DNA from: Synechococcus sp.
Lineage (GTDB): Bacteria > Cyanobacteriota > Cyanobacteriia > Thermostichales > PCC-7336
Assembly (NCBI GenBank): GCA_051439425.1
Contig: JBFRWD010000069.1
Coordinates: 1-29,748 of the forward strand
Length of the DNA: 29,748 nt
Direction: 5' to 3'
Under the pieces are notes generated by a model. It did no database searches, was not told where the DNA came from, and worked only from the letters and a program-made list of their open reading frames with translations. The translations under genes and the position numbers were made by a program. Of the stretch, positions 1 to 9,588 are shown one piece after another (the first letter of the stretch is position 1; every line of letters begins with the position of its first letter).

Positions 1-287
1 GAGGCTGTACATTCACTGCTTGGAACTATTTCTCTGTCATGGTTCGGACGCCCTTGCTCGCTGGGGATTTCAGCCCCCGCTCCCTTGAGCGCTTAACCAA
101 CATAACGACTTCAATTCAACATGTCAACTCCCAATTGTTTTTTTTGACTCAACTCTAAGATCGCTATTGGTAGCGTAGTTAATTATGCCGATGCGGACCA
201 GAAAGATCGTTAAAAAGCAGCAGTGATTTAGCCCTAATGACTGGTTTCGTTGATAAGACAGTGGAAGACTGCGCCAGTGGGTTTTCA

Positions 288-2000
288 ATGATTGAGCATG
301 ACATCGCAATTGTGGGTGGAGGACTGGCTGGTTGCCGTGCGGCATTGGAAGTTAAACGGGCCAACCCTCAACTCAATCTGGCGGTGATTGCTAAAACCCA
401 CCCCATTCGTAGCCACTCTGTTGCCGCACAGGGGGGCATTGCAGCAACACTGAACAACGTTGATTCGGAAGATTCGTGGGAAGCCCATGCATTCGATACG
501 GTAAAAGGGTCAGATTATCTCGCCGATCAAGATGCTGTCGAAATTTTGACGAGAGAAGCTCCCGAGGTCATCTACGACCTGGAGCACTTGGGAGTCCTAT
601 TCTCACGTTTGGATAGCGGCAAGATTGCTCAACGAGCATTTGGAGGACATGCGTATCGACGCACTTGCTATGCCGCAGATAAAACCGGTCACGCTATTTT
701 GCACGAGCTCGTCAGTAGCTTGTTGAAATATGGAACTCATATTTATGACGAGTGGTATGTCACCCGGTTAGTTGTGGAAGACAACGTTGCGAAGGGCTTG
801 GTGATGTACGAGCAGTCGACGGGACGATTTCAGATACTGCGGGCTAAAGCGCTGATGTTTGCCACCGGTGGGTACGGACGAGCATTCAACACAACATCTA
901 ATGATTATTCCTGCACGGGGGATGGGCTGGCGATGACGGCAAGAGCGGGGCTGCCGCTGCAGGATATGGAGTTTGTGCAGTTTCATCCGACGGGGCTGTA
1001 TCCGGTTGGGGTGTTGATTTCTGAAGCGGTACGAGGAGAGGGAGCCTATTTGGTGAATGGCGAAGGCGATCGCTTTATGGCCACATACGCCCCCAAACAG
1101 ATGGAGTTAGCCCCCAGAGACATTACATCGCGCGCAATTGTTTCGGAAGTGAGAGCTGGCCGGGGGGTAGATCGGGAGACGTTCGTCCATTTGGACTTGC
1201 GTCATTTAGGAGCTGAAACTATTCACCAGAGACTGCCCTTCTGTTGGGAGGAGGCCCATCGTCATCTCGGGATCGATGCAGTGAAAGAGCCCATTCCAGT
1301 GCGACCGACAATTCACTATTCCATGGGAGGAATTCCAGTTAACACCGAGTGTCAGGTGAGGAACGGCCCAGATAGCTTAGTAGAGGGGTTCTTTGCTGCA
1401 GGAGAAACTTCTTGTGTTTCAGTTCACGGTGCTAATCGGCTGGGAAGTAATGCACTACTAGAGTGTGTCGTTTACGGTCGACGGGCTGGTGCGGCAATGG
1501 CTACGTATGTGGATGGAAGAGATCTACCAGCTATTGATGAGACGCGATTATTGGCAGAAGCCGAGAACGATCGCAGTCAACTATTCGAACAGCTCGGAGA
1601 GCACCGCTTGGACACGATCCGACGTCAGTTTCAAGACTGCATGACGAACTACTGCGGAGTGTACCGGACAGAGGAACTGATGAAGGAAGGGCTGGAGAAG
1701 CTCGCACAATTAAGGGTGCAGTTAACAAACGTCCAATTGGACGATCGCAGCAAAATCTGGAATACCGAGCTGACGGAAGCTTGGGAATTGCGCAATCTCA
1801 TGACTGTTGGGGCGGCCATCATGACAGGGGCATTGCACCGCAAAGAGAGCCGAGGTGCTCATTCTCGTGAGGATTACCCTGCTCGTGACGATCCCAATTT
1901 CCTCAAGCACACGCTGGCCTATATCAAAGACGGCAACGTGTGTATTGATTACAGGCCGGTTGTCGTCAACCGATTTGAGCCCAAAGAACGAAAATATTGA
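288..2000 (+). CDS. sdhA: Succinate dehydrogenase/fumarate reductase flavoprotein subunit
   Basis: FAD-binding GGGLAG, covalent-FAD His motif [52 protein letters not shown] at 288 (MIEHD...) preferred over the ORF-finder start at 237. Confidence 0.96.
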   Translation: MIEHDIAIVGGGLAGCRAALEVKRANPQLNLAVIAKTHPIRSHSVAAQGGIAATLNNVDSEDSWEAHAFDTVKGSDYLADQDAVEILTREAPEVIYDLEHLGVLFSRLDSGKIAQRAFGGHAYRRTCYAADKTGHAILHELVSSLLKYGTHIYDEWYVTRLVVEDNVAKGLVMYEQSTGRFQILRAKALMFATGGYGRAFNTTSNDYSCTGDGLAMTARAGLPLQDMEFVQFHPTGLYPVGVLISEAVRGEGAYLVNGEGDRFMATYAPKQMELAPRDITSRAIVSEVRAGRGVDRETFVHLDLRHLGAETIHQRLPFCWEEAHRHLGIDAVKEPIPVRPTIHYSMGGIPVNTECQVRNGPDSLVEGFFAAGETSCVSVHGANRLGSNALLECVVYGRRAGAAMATYVDGRDLPAIDETRLLAEAENDRSQLFEQLGEHRLDTIRRQFQDCMTNYCGVYRTEELMKEGLEKLAQLRVQLTNVQLDDRSKIWNTELTEAWELRNLMTVGAAIMTGALHRKESRGAHSREDYPARDDPNFLKHTLAYIKDGNVCIDYRPVVVNRFEPKERKY

Positions 2001-2093
2001 GTCGGGATGAGAGTTCTAGTACTGGTACTGCGAGATTAGTAAGAACTCGAATCCAAACGACAGGCCTCTACCAATGTCTTGAGTACCGCGATT

Positions 2094-3143
2094 GTGAACG
2101 TTGAATTTCGCATTTTTCGTCAACAAGCTCCCGAAGCCCAGCCGAGCATTCAAACTTACGCAATCGATATCGGCCCCAAGAGCACGATTCTCGATGCCCT
2201 AACGCGAATCAAGTGGGAACAAGATGGCACCCTGGCATTTCGCAAAAATTGCCGCAATACCATCTGCGGTAGCTGTGCCATGCGGATCAACGATCGCGCT
2301 GGTCTGGCTTGCCAGCAACATGTTGATGAGGCGCTGCAAGGGCGCGATCACATCGCCATTGGACCAATGGGCAATTTGCCGGTGGTCAAAGACCTGATTG
2401 TAGATATGACAAAATTCTGGGTTGATTTGAAACGTGTCGATCCTTACGTCAGCACAGCATCTCGCACCATTCCGGAACGGGAGTTCATCCAAACACCAGC
2501 AGAACGGGCCAAACTGGATCGCATGGGAAATTGCATCATGTGCGGGGCTTGTTACTCCGATTGCAATGCCAAGGAAGTGAGTCCAGGATTTGTGGGGCCA
2601 CATGCATTAGCAAAGGCCAACAGAATGCGCTTGGATACTCGTGACGATCGCACAGTAGAGCGGGTGCAAAGTCTAAACAGCTTGGATGGGGTATGGGGAT
2701 GTACCCGCTGCCACAACTGCGATGATGTGTGTCCGATGGAGGTAGCTCCTCTAGAGCAAATTACCAGTATTAAGCAAGCAGCTCTCCATCGGTCTGCAGC
2801 CGTTACGGACAACAGTCGAGCTGTTCGCCACCGTCAAACCATGGTGTCGTTGGTCAAAGCTGGCGGATGGGTGGACGAACGTAAGTTTGGCGTCGAGGTT
2901 GTTGGCAATTACTTCAGGGACTTGAAAGGTTTGTTGAGCCTCGCCCCTCTGGGATTACGCATGATTGCTCGGGGTAAATTTCCACTGACGTTTGAGGCAT
3001 CTGAGGGAACGGCAGAAATACGCCAAGTAATAGAAGCAGCGGAAATGGCTGTACCGGCAAGTGCGTTTCTGCCCACAAGCAACACCTCTGGGAACAAAAC
3101 ATCTGAAAGCGACCCCTCTAGAAGCAACACTGAGGAGAACTAG
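2094..3143 (+). CDS. sdhB: Succinate dehydrogenase/fumarate reductase iron-sulfur subunit
   Basis: CRNTICGSC...C [2Fe-2S] motif, CIMCGACYSDC and CTRCHNCDDVCP ferredoxin motifs; follows sdhA. Start probably GTG 2094 (alternative TTG 2079). Confidence 0.93.
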   Translation: MNVEFRIFRQQAPEAQPSIQTYAIDIGPKSTILDALTRIKWEQDGTLAFRKNCRNTICGSCAMRINDRAGLACQQHVDEALQGRDHIAIGPMGNLPVVKDLIVDMTKFWVDLKRVDPYVSTASRTIPEREFIQTPAERAKLDRMGNCIMCGACYSDCNAKEVSPGFVGPHALAKANRMRLDTRDDRTVERVQSLNSLDGVWGCTRCHNCDDVCPMEVAPLEQITSIKQAALHRSAAVTDNSRAVRHRQTMVSLVKAGGWVDERKFGVEVVGNYFRDLKGLLSLAPLGLRMIARGKFPLTFEASEGTAEIRQVIEAAEMAVPASAFLPTSNTSGNKTSESDPSRSNTEEN

Positions 3144-3145
3144 TC

Positions 3146-4033
3146 ATGACTCTGAAATATGCCTATTACCCTGGCTGCGTTGCTCAAGGAGCCTGCCGCG
3201 AACTCTACGATTCAACTGCATTGGTTGCTAAAACTCTCGATATCGAACTGATCGAACTCAAGAAGGCAAGCTGTTGCGGTTCTGGAACCTTCAAAGAAAC
3301 ATCGGAACTCCTGGAGGATTCCGTCAATGCTCGCAACCTAGCTTTAGCAGAATCCCTCAATCTGCCGTTATTGACCCATTGCAGTACCTGTCAGGGGGTA
3401 CTGGGGCGAGTGGATGAAAAACTAAAGGCCGCCCAGCACGATCGCTCCGACTATTTTCAAATGGTTAACGATACGTGTAAATCAGGAGGGTGCAAACACC
3501 TGTACCGAGGAACTGGAGAGGTCAAGCATCTATTGTGGGCATTGGTAGGTGATTATGGCTTGGATGCGATACGCGACCAAGTCACTCGTCCGCTAACAGG
3601 GCTAAAGTGTGCAGCATTCTACGGCTGTTATTTGTTGAGAGCGCAGAAAAACAACCCGGTGGACGATCCCCACAATCCACGTTCGATGGAATCTTTGTTC
3701 GAAGCTCTGGGAGCCACTCCAGTGTTGTATCGCGGTCGCACGCAATGCTGTGGTTGGCCGATTTCTAGCTATGCCCCGGAGCAATCCTTTCATATGGCAG
3801 GCAACCACATCGAAGAAGCGATCGCTGCTGGGGCTGATTGCATAGTGACTCCCTGCCCTCTCTGCCATCTCAATCTTGATTCCCGCCAACCGGAGGTCGA
3901 GAAAACGATCGGAAAATCCTTAAAGCTACCGATCCTTCACCTTCCTCAACTGATCGGGCTAGCTCTGAACCTTTCCCCTCGCGAGCTAGGCTTGCACCGA
4001 CACATTGTGCCTGCGGCTTCAATCGTTGGTTAA
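3146..4033 (+). CDS. HdrB-like CCG-domain Fe-S protein (SdhE-type membrane-associated subunit of a type E succinate dehydrogenase)
   Basis: Two CCG domains: YYPGC...SCCG...HCSTC and FYGC...QCCG...PCPLC. Starts 2 nt after the sdhB stop, with GAGGAG RBS inside the sdhB 3' end. Confidence 0.9.
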   Translation: MTLKYAYYPGCVAQGACRELYDSTALVAKTLDIELIELKKASCCGSGTFKETSELLEDSVNARNLALAESLNLPLLTHCSTCQGVLGRVDEKLKAAQHDRSDYFQMVNDTCKSGGCKHLYRGTGEVKHLLWALVGDYGLDAIRDQVTRPLTGLKCAAFYGCYLLRAQKNNPVDDPHNPRSMESLFEALGATPVLYRGRTQCCGWPISSYAPEQSFHMAGNHIEEAIAAGADCIVTPCPLCHLNLDSRQPEVEKTIGKSLKLPILHLPQLIGLALNLSPRELGLHRHIVPAASIVG

Positions 4034-4287
4034 GCTCGGTCATCTCGCGTACGTACTGGCATCCGCGATCCCGATTGATTTAATTTCTTTAGGTGGGTGG
4101 GCAAGCTAGACATACCCGTTAACGCGCATTATTGTATTGCAGAGACTGTAAGGTTTGACTGCATGGTGCAGTGCGTGGGTCTCGGTTTCAGACCCAATTG
4201 CGGGCTCGATGCCAATCTGGCACGGCTAGCCCTCACTAAGGCTTATTCCATCATTGCGTCCCACCGACTGTCGCGAATCACACACAC

Positions 4288-4542
4288 ATGTTTATTCTTG
4301 CTAGAGAAGACGTCGAAATTTTGAAGGCCAAGCAATCGAGCAAGCCTTCAATTTTGCTGCGCTATCGCAGACGCGTGTTTCGACGGGTCAGCCATTTTGT
4401 CGATATCCAGGCGGCGATCGCGGATTGCCGAGAGAAGTTGGATGGCGGTGATTTTTGCCTGGTGCTAAAAGATGGCTTTAACGGTCAAGAAGTGTGGAAG
4501 GCACTTGGGAAAGAGGAAATGCAGGCGTTGAGGTCGCGTTAG
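4288..4542 (+). CDS. Small cyanobacterial hypothetical protein resembling the N-terminal domain of the Npun_F0813 family
   Basis: MFILxRxDVEI...ILxY...F...CLVL...VW pattern recalled from that family; ATG start; contains a HIP1 site. Confidence 0.65.
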   Translation: MFILAREDVEILKAKQSSKPSILLRYRRRVFRRVSHFVDIQAAIADCREKLDGGDFCLVLKDGFNGQEVWKALGKEEMQALRSR

Positions 4543-4622
4543 AGATCGACACTTAACCTCAGTGGTTGGGCCGCAGGCCCACCAGAATCAAACTCAAAAT
4601 TGAATGGGAATAGCGGGTAATG

Positions 4623-5465
4623 CTATTCCAAGAGTTCTTGAATATCTTCAATTGCTTCCAATATGCGTTGATGTTCTGCTGTGCGATCTTGTTCCCTATA
4701 AAGGTCGGCGGCTTGTTTGTAATCGTCCAAAACAGCTTGAGAATCCCCCATCAGAGCTAGTGCGTTACCGCGATTGATAAAGGTTTCTGCGGAGTTAGGC
4801 TCGATCTCGATCGCTCGGTCGTAGCTAACCACTGCTTTTTGAAATGCACCAAGATTACCCAAGGCGATTCCACGGTTAAACCAGGCTTCGTGGTCTTCGG
4901 TGTTGAGGTAGAGAGCGCGATCGTAGCTAGCGACGGCTTCTTCGTATTGGTTAAGGCGGTTAAGAGCAATACCGCGACGAACCCAGGCTTCGGGATGTTG
5001 GGGCTGTAGCTCGGTGACTCGATTGTGGTGGTGAAAGGCATCCTCGTAAAAGCTGAGTGCCATCAGGGATTCGCCGCGACTGAACCAGGCTTCATCCCGC
5101 TCGGGCTGAATTTCGATAGCGCGGGCATAGCTGGCGGTTGCTGCGTTGTAATGTCCTAGTTTTTCGAGGGCAGAGCCGCGATTTAACCAAGCATCGTAGT
5201 CGTCGGGCTCGATCTCAATTGCGCTATCAAAGCTAGCGACGGCTGCATCGTATTGTCCTGATTGCAATTGCTCGATACCGTCTTGATTGAATTCGGCTCG
5301 AGTTTCATTGCGGTTTGCGCTGTTGCATCCAGAGATAGCGATCGCTACTAAAACGGCCAGACAATTGGCAGTCGGCTTCAGGCAAGCTACCGGATTTTTT
5401 TGAAAGCTACGGATTGAGAAAGGCATAGACTCCGCCGAGGAATGAGAACAAACAGCGCTCGTCAT
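4623..5465 (-). CDS. Tetratricopeptide-repeat (TPR) protein, probable lipoprotein
   Basis: About 6 tandem 34-aa TPRs (AWxNRGxAL...A..SYDRA.EI.P); hydrophobic stretch ending in lipobox-like ISG-C. Start uncertain (5465 or ~5426). Confidence 0.88.
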   Translation of the reverse strand: MTSAVCSHSSAESMPFSIRSFQKNPVACLKPTANCLAVLVAIAISGCNSANRNETRAEFNQDGIEQLQSGQYDAAVASFDSAIEIEPDDYDAWLNRGSALEKLGHYNAATASYARAIEIQPERDEAWFSRGESLMALSFYEDAFHHHNRVTELQPQHPEAWVRRGIALNRLNQYEEAVASYDRALYLNTEDHEAWFNRGIALGNLGAFQKAVVSYDRAIEIEPNSAETFINRGNALALMGDSQAVLDDYKQAADLYREQDRTAEHQRILEAIEDIQELLE

Positions 5466-5569
5466 GATGAGCGGTCACATTGCAATCACTGTACTGTGTA
5501 GAGCAAATCTTGCTCTGACGCACCTAAAAAAGACGGCTATCTCATTGCGCAACAGTAGCCAGTTAACGC

Positions 5570-6187
5570 TTAAGTGAAATCAGAGAGAAGCTTTCGCACG
5601 GGGACTATTTGAAATAAATCGACGAAAAAGAGAGGATTCTTGAATGATTGGAGTATGGCTCGTAAATACCGTTTTCGACGAAACAAATCGATCATGATTC
5701 TGTATTGGAGCTTTCGCTGACAATCACTCAATTTTTCGGCAAGGGAGGCTTTCAATTCAGGATCTGAATTTAATCTCTCATCGTGCAACGTTTCAGCCAA
5801 CTCTCTCTGATAATATCGAAATCTCTCAAGCAGACTTTCGTCATCACGATGACATAAAGAACCAGGGCGAACTAAGTAACAATGAGGGGCGAGCTGGAAA
5901 TAAAAACGAGCCCCAGGAATCAAACAATCAAGGTAGAAGAAACCGTCTTTTCCTACACGTCCTCCTTCTCGGTAGCGAATTCCGTGCTCTTCGAGTAAAG
6001 ATCTGCGAATCATGGGGTTGAGGAATCCCGGTCCAATACCAGTTCCCCACGCTGTATTCGATTGTTTGACGTAGAAAGACGGAGTAATTTGGAGCGGATT
6101 CTTGTAAATGGTTTGATTCCACTCTGAAAACGTGGCCTGTGGTTCCAAAGTGATGCGATCTATGAAATAGAAATCGTCAGCAACCAT
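5570..6187 (-). pseudogene. N-terminally truncated family 2 glycosyltransferase fragment
   Basis: (D)MVADDFYFI, GFLNPMIRRSLLEEHGIRY, GKDGFFYLDCL and VRPGSL resemble the middle and C-terminal parts of GT2 enzymes. The N-terminal IIPxYN/DDxS region is absent, there is an in-frame TGA 9 codons upstream, and the usual ED motif reads KD. Confidence 0.65.
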
Positions 6188-6457
6188 ATCGGTTGAGGCT
6201 GAAACGCAGCCTCAGCAAAAATTTTGTGCCTAATGATTGATAGACTGCCTTGCCTCATCAGGCATAAATTGCTACATCTCTTGCTTTTTACCCCCTACCC
6301 CCTAAAAGCGTCCGGTAAATTCAATGATAGGACTGGTATGCAAGGGCTGCGTTACAAGGTTGTCTCTGCAACGCTCTAGCTCTTCATTATTCGCAGAAGC
6401 GAATGGGGTGGGGGCAGAGTGCTGAATCTTCGTACTGATTTGCACAAGCAATTAACA

Positions 6458-7336
6458 TTACGCCCCATCGTTGTCAGCAATAGCCGTACAGTCTTCTAAC
6501 GCATGAATAAGATGCTTGTGGATCCCCTCATTGGCTGCGATCGCGATTCCCGGCGTGCAATAGTTTTCGCATTCATCCAATCTCGGCAGTGCTCGACCTT
6601 GGTGATCGGTGACAATACATCCTGCCTCGCGAGCTAAAAACGCCAGCGCAGCCCCATCAATAAACTGGCCCTTCGACAGCACAGCCCCTGCCAACTCCCC
6701 TTTCAAGATGCCGTTAGTGCTAGGTATGGCGTTGTCGGGAGAGTAATCTTCGGAGGAGCTGATGATGGAATAGCGATCGCTTAGTTTTGCTCGCAAAGGA
6801 GCCATAAAGCTGGCCAAAAATACTGTGTTGATTGGCGAAATCTCCAATGGTGTCGCATCCTCTAAGTCGCTATTCAAAGGGGCGACATACGTCCCTTGCC
6901 CCCTCAATGCATAGAAGTAGCGATCCTCCTCCGGGCTGATGGCTAGCACGGCTTCAAAATCATCGGCATTCAACACTGTCAAAATAATGAGGTAGTTGGG
7001 CAACCCATCCATGTAAAACAAGGTGCCGTCAATCGGATCGAGAGTAACTAAATAATCATCTTGTGGACCCAATGCAATCGAGCGGAAGTACTTGGTGTTG
7101 TAGGACTGTTCGTACTCCTCACCGTAAAAGCGAATGTTAGGAAAGCTCCCCAGTAGAGCAACTTCGACAAAGGTTTGTACGGATAAGTCGGCGTCGGTCA
7201 AAGCGGACGAAAACTTATTGGCTCCAGCCTTGTCAGGCTGGGCCACAATTCGAGATTGAATATGGCGGGCATACCCAGCGGCTAAGCGCAGTGATGGCAG
7301 AAGAGTTTCGAGGATGATACGAGGTGTAGCAGTCAT
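6458..7336 (-). CDS. Inositol monophosphatase family protein
   Basis: TDADLSVQ, GEE and DPIDGT metal-binding motifs; DGAALAFLAREAGC in the C-terminal motif. Confidence 0.88.
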   Translation of the reverse strand: MTATPRIILETLLPSLRLAAGYARHIQSRIVAQPDKAGANKFSSALTDADLSVQTFVEVALLGSFPNIRFYGEEYEQSYNTKYFRSIALGPQDDYLVTLDPIDGTLFYMDGLPNYLIILTVLNADDFEAVLAISPEEDRYFYALRGQGTYVAPLNSDLEDATPLEISPINTVFLASFMAPLRAKLSDRYSIISSSEDYSPDNAIPSTNGILKGELAGAVLSKGQFIDGAALAFLAREAGCIVTDHQGRALPRLDECENYCTPGIAIAANEGIHKHLIHALEDCTAIADNDGA

Positions 7337-7652
7337 AAATTGAGATGGGACGCTGCGTCACCATTATGGAAGAGTCGCGTAGGCCTGAGAACAAGATGGA
7401 GATAGCAAAAAAGCTTAACTGAACCCAGTAGTCTCGAAGGCTTGCTATGGGGGTCCCTCAAGCGACGAATGCATTGAAGCAAGGCAGAGAGAGCAAGTAT
7501 CCATCACTCCTAAACTGACCGATCGCTAGTCGTTCTACGACATTGACAGCAAGCAACTCGCGAGCCACTATTGCATTCTTAATTTTTTCTTTACATAAAT
7601 CTACAGGAAGTCCATTGACTCTACTGGTTGCCTCGGGATAGTTTTAATGCAG

Positions 7653-7716
7653 GTGAGGAGTGAAACAGAAAAGCCTTTGGGGTCGAAACACGGCAAGACT
7701 CCCAAAGGCTTTTTTT
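7653..7716 (+). ncRNA. yfr2: Yfr2-family cyanobacterial small RNA
   Basis: 5' GTGAGGAGTGAAAC motif, a long stem (AAAAGCCTTTGGG/CCCAAAGGCTTTT) presenting GAAACACGGCAAGA in the loop, then a T-tract. Both motifs match the Yfr2 consensus as I recall it. AT-rich -10-like sequence just upstream. Confidence 0.8.
7669..7716 (+). terminator. Intrinsic terminator-like hairpin forming the 3' part of the Yfr2-like RNA
   Basis: 13-bp perfect inverted repeat followed by a run of T. Confidence 0.7.
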
Positions 7717-7911
7717 GATAAAAGGTTTTGTGTGAACACCAGCAACGTTAAGAGCTTTGTTGTGCTGGCTAACGAATAACCTGCTGGGCTGTTGCAGCCA
7801 GCCAGCAGCAATTGACGGCATTATCTCCGATGCGTGGGTATCGGACTCTATTGAGTGCAATCGTGGGAGGCAGTAGGCTACGAAGGCCAACTGCTGTCCG
7901 TTCATTCTGCT

Positions 7912-9465
7912 ATGTCCGAATCTGCCTTGCCCGCCCTCATTCAGCACATGCTGAAATCCGACTTCTACCCCCATGATGTGCAAGAGCCCATCCAGCTCCT
8001 GCAAACTCATATTTCCTACGTGCTGCTGACCGGAGAGTTTGCCTACAAGGTGAAGAAGCCTATGAATTTTGGCTTCCTAGACTTCACCACGTTGGAGAAG
8101 CGGCGTTTCTTCATTCAAGAGGAATTGCGCTTAAATCAGCGGGGGGCCGCCGAGCTTTACCTAGAAGTGCTAGCAATCTCTAAGCATGAGTCGGGAGACT
8201 ACGAGCTTGGGGGCACTGGAGAGGCCGTGGAATACACCTTGAAAATGCGCCAGTTTCCCCAAGAAACTCTGCTGCCTCAGCTCTTCGATCGCGGCGAGCT
8301 AACCCCCGATCTAGTGGTGGCCTTGGCCAAAGAGATTGCTAGTTTCCACAGCAACCTGACTACCAGCGATCGCATCAGTAGCTTTGGCTCTGTGGCTGGA
8401 GTACGGGCAGCATTTGACGAAAACTACGAACAAACTGCAGGCTTTATCGGTGGGCCGCAAACCCAAGAGCAGTTTGACCAAACGAAGGCACTCACTGACA
8501 GATTCTTTGCCGAACAGGCAGAGATGCTAGAGCGCCGGGTACAGGGTGGCTTCGTGCGAGAGTGCCACGGCGATTTGCACCTGGGCAATATCTGCTACTG
8601 GAACAATCGCTTTTATCTATTTGATTGCATCGAATTCAATGAACCCTTTCGGTTTGTAGATGTGATGTACGACATTGCCTACATTGTCATGGATTTGCAG
8701 TTGCGCAAGCGCCCCGACCTCAGTGCCCTCTTCCTCAACACTTACATCGAACACACCGGCGATTACGAAGGCCTGCAGGTGCTGCCTCTATATGTCAGTA
8801 GGCAATCCTATGTAAGGGCCAAAGTGACTTCGTTTATGCTGGGCGACCCAGCTATTTCTGCTGAAACGAAAGCTGAAGTAACGGCAACGGCAGCAAAATA
8901 CTACCAGTTGGCATTGCAATGCCTGCAGCCTCGCTCAGGCTCCCTATATGTCATGTGCGGATTATCCGGCTCCGGGAAAAGCACCGTGGCTAGCGCGCTC
9001 TCTCAAACGCTCGATGCCATCCATATTCGCTCCGATGCTGTGCGTAAGCACCTGGCAGGAATTAACCTCTACGAGCGTGGCAGTTCGGGGGAATTTGGCA
9101 GCGGCATCTACACCCCGGAGATGACCCAAAAAACCTACGATCGCCTGCAACAGTTGGGGATTCTGTTAGCCTCGCTCGGATATCCGGTGATTCTCGATGC
9201 CAAGTACGACAAGCAGGCATTGCGACAGGCAATCGCTAATGCCGCCAAACAACATCAGCTACCTTTAAAATTCATTTCTTGCGAAGCTCCTCTGGAGACC
9301 ATCCGCCAATGGCTGGGAGCTCGCACTGGAGATATTGCCGATGCCACTGCCGACCTCTTAGACAAACAGATTCAGGCATTTGAACCATTGACGACTGAAG
9401 AACAAATGATGACAAACGTAGTTCGCACCGATGGAGATTTAGCCGCACAAATTGCCAAATTCTAA
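7912..9465 (+). CDS. Bifunctional aminoglycoside-phosphotransferase-like kinase / AAA-33 (gluconate-kinase-like) P-loop protein
   Basis: QTHISYV, YKVKKP, ECHGDLHLGNI and FDCIEFN kinase motifs; C-terminal Walker A GLSGSGKS and RSDAVRK. ATG at 7912 preferred over 7855. Confidence 0.9.
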   Translation: MSESALPALIQHMLKSDFYPHDVQEPIQLLQTHISYVLLTGEFAYKVKKPMNFGFLDFTTLEKRRFFIQEELRLNQRGAAELYLEVLAISKHESGDYELGGTGEAVEYTLKMRQFPQETLLPQLFDRGELTPDLVVALAKEIASFHSNLTTSDRISSFGSVAGVRAAFDENYEQTAGFIGGPQTQEQFDQTKALTDRFFAEQAEMLERRVQGGFVRECHGDLHLGNICYWNNRFYLFDCIEFNEPFRFVDVMYDIAYIVMDLQLRKRPDLSALFLNTYIEHTGDYEGLQVLPLYVSRQSYVRAKVTSFMLGDPAISAETKAEVTATAAKYYQLALQCLQPRSGSLYVMCGLSGSGKSTVASALSQTLDAIHIRSDAVRKHLAGINLYERGSSGEFGSGIYTPEMTQKTYDRLQQLGILLASLGYPVILDAKYDKQALRQAIANAAKQHQLPLKFISCEAPLETIRQWLGARTGDIADATADLLDKQIQAFEPLTTEEQMMTNVVRTDGDLAAQIAKF

Positions 9466-9588
9466 GCCAATCAGACTCCTGGAATCCCTCATATATTTAC
9501 TGGGGGACTTCTCAAGGATCTACGATCTGCACGACTCGCTCGAACAGTCTGAGAGCAAATACAGTGACGACAGTGTCAAACCATGTCA

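Noticed and set aside
1..287. Short ORFs (124-345, 179-364) and weak GC-rich hairpins upstream of sdhA
   Set aside because: The ORFs are antisense overlaps with sdhA, and there is no recognisable protein or RNA motif.
4097..4324. 75-aa plus-strand ORF
   Set aside because: No family features; it overlaps the better-supported 4288-4542 gene in another frame.
4564..4583. GGGCC-gca-GGCCC hairpin between convergent genes as a terminator
   Set aside because: No U-tract on either strand; too weak to call.
6200..6262. CTGATGAG on the minus strand as a hammerhead ribozyme core
   Set aside because: The required GAAA element is on the opposite strand, so the three-way junction cannot be built.
7621..8010. 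129-aa minus-strand ORF
   Set aside because: Antisense to the kinase gene and to the Yfr2-like RNA; no protein features.
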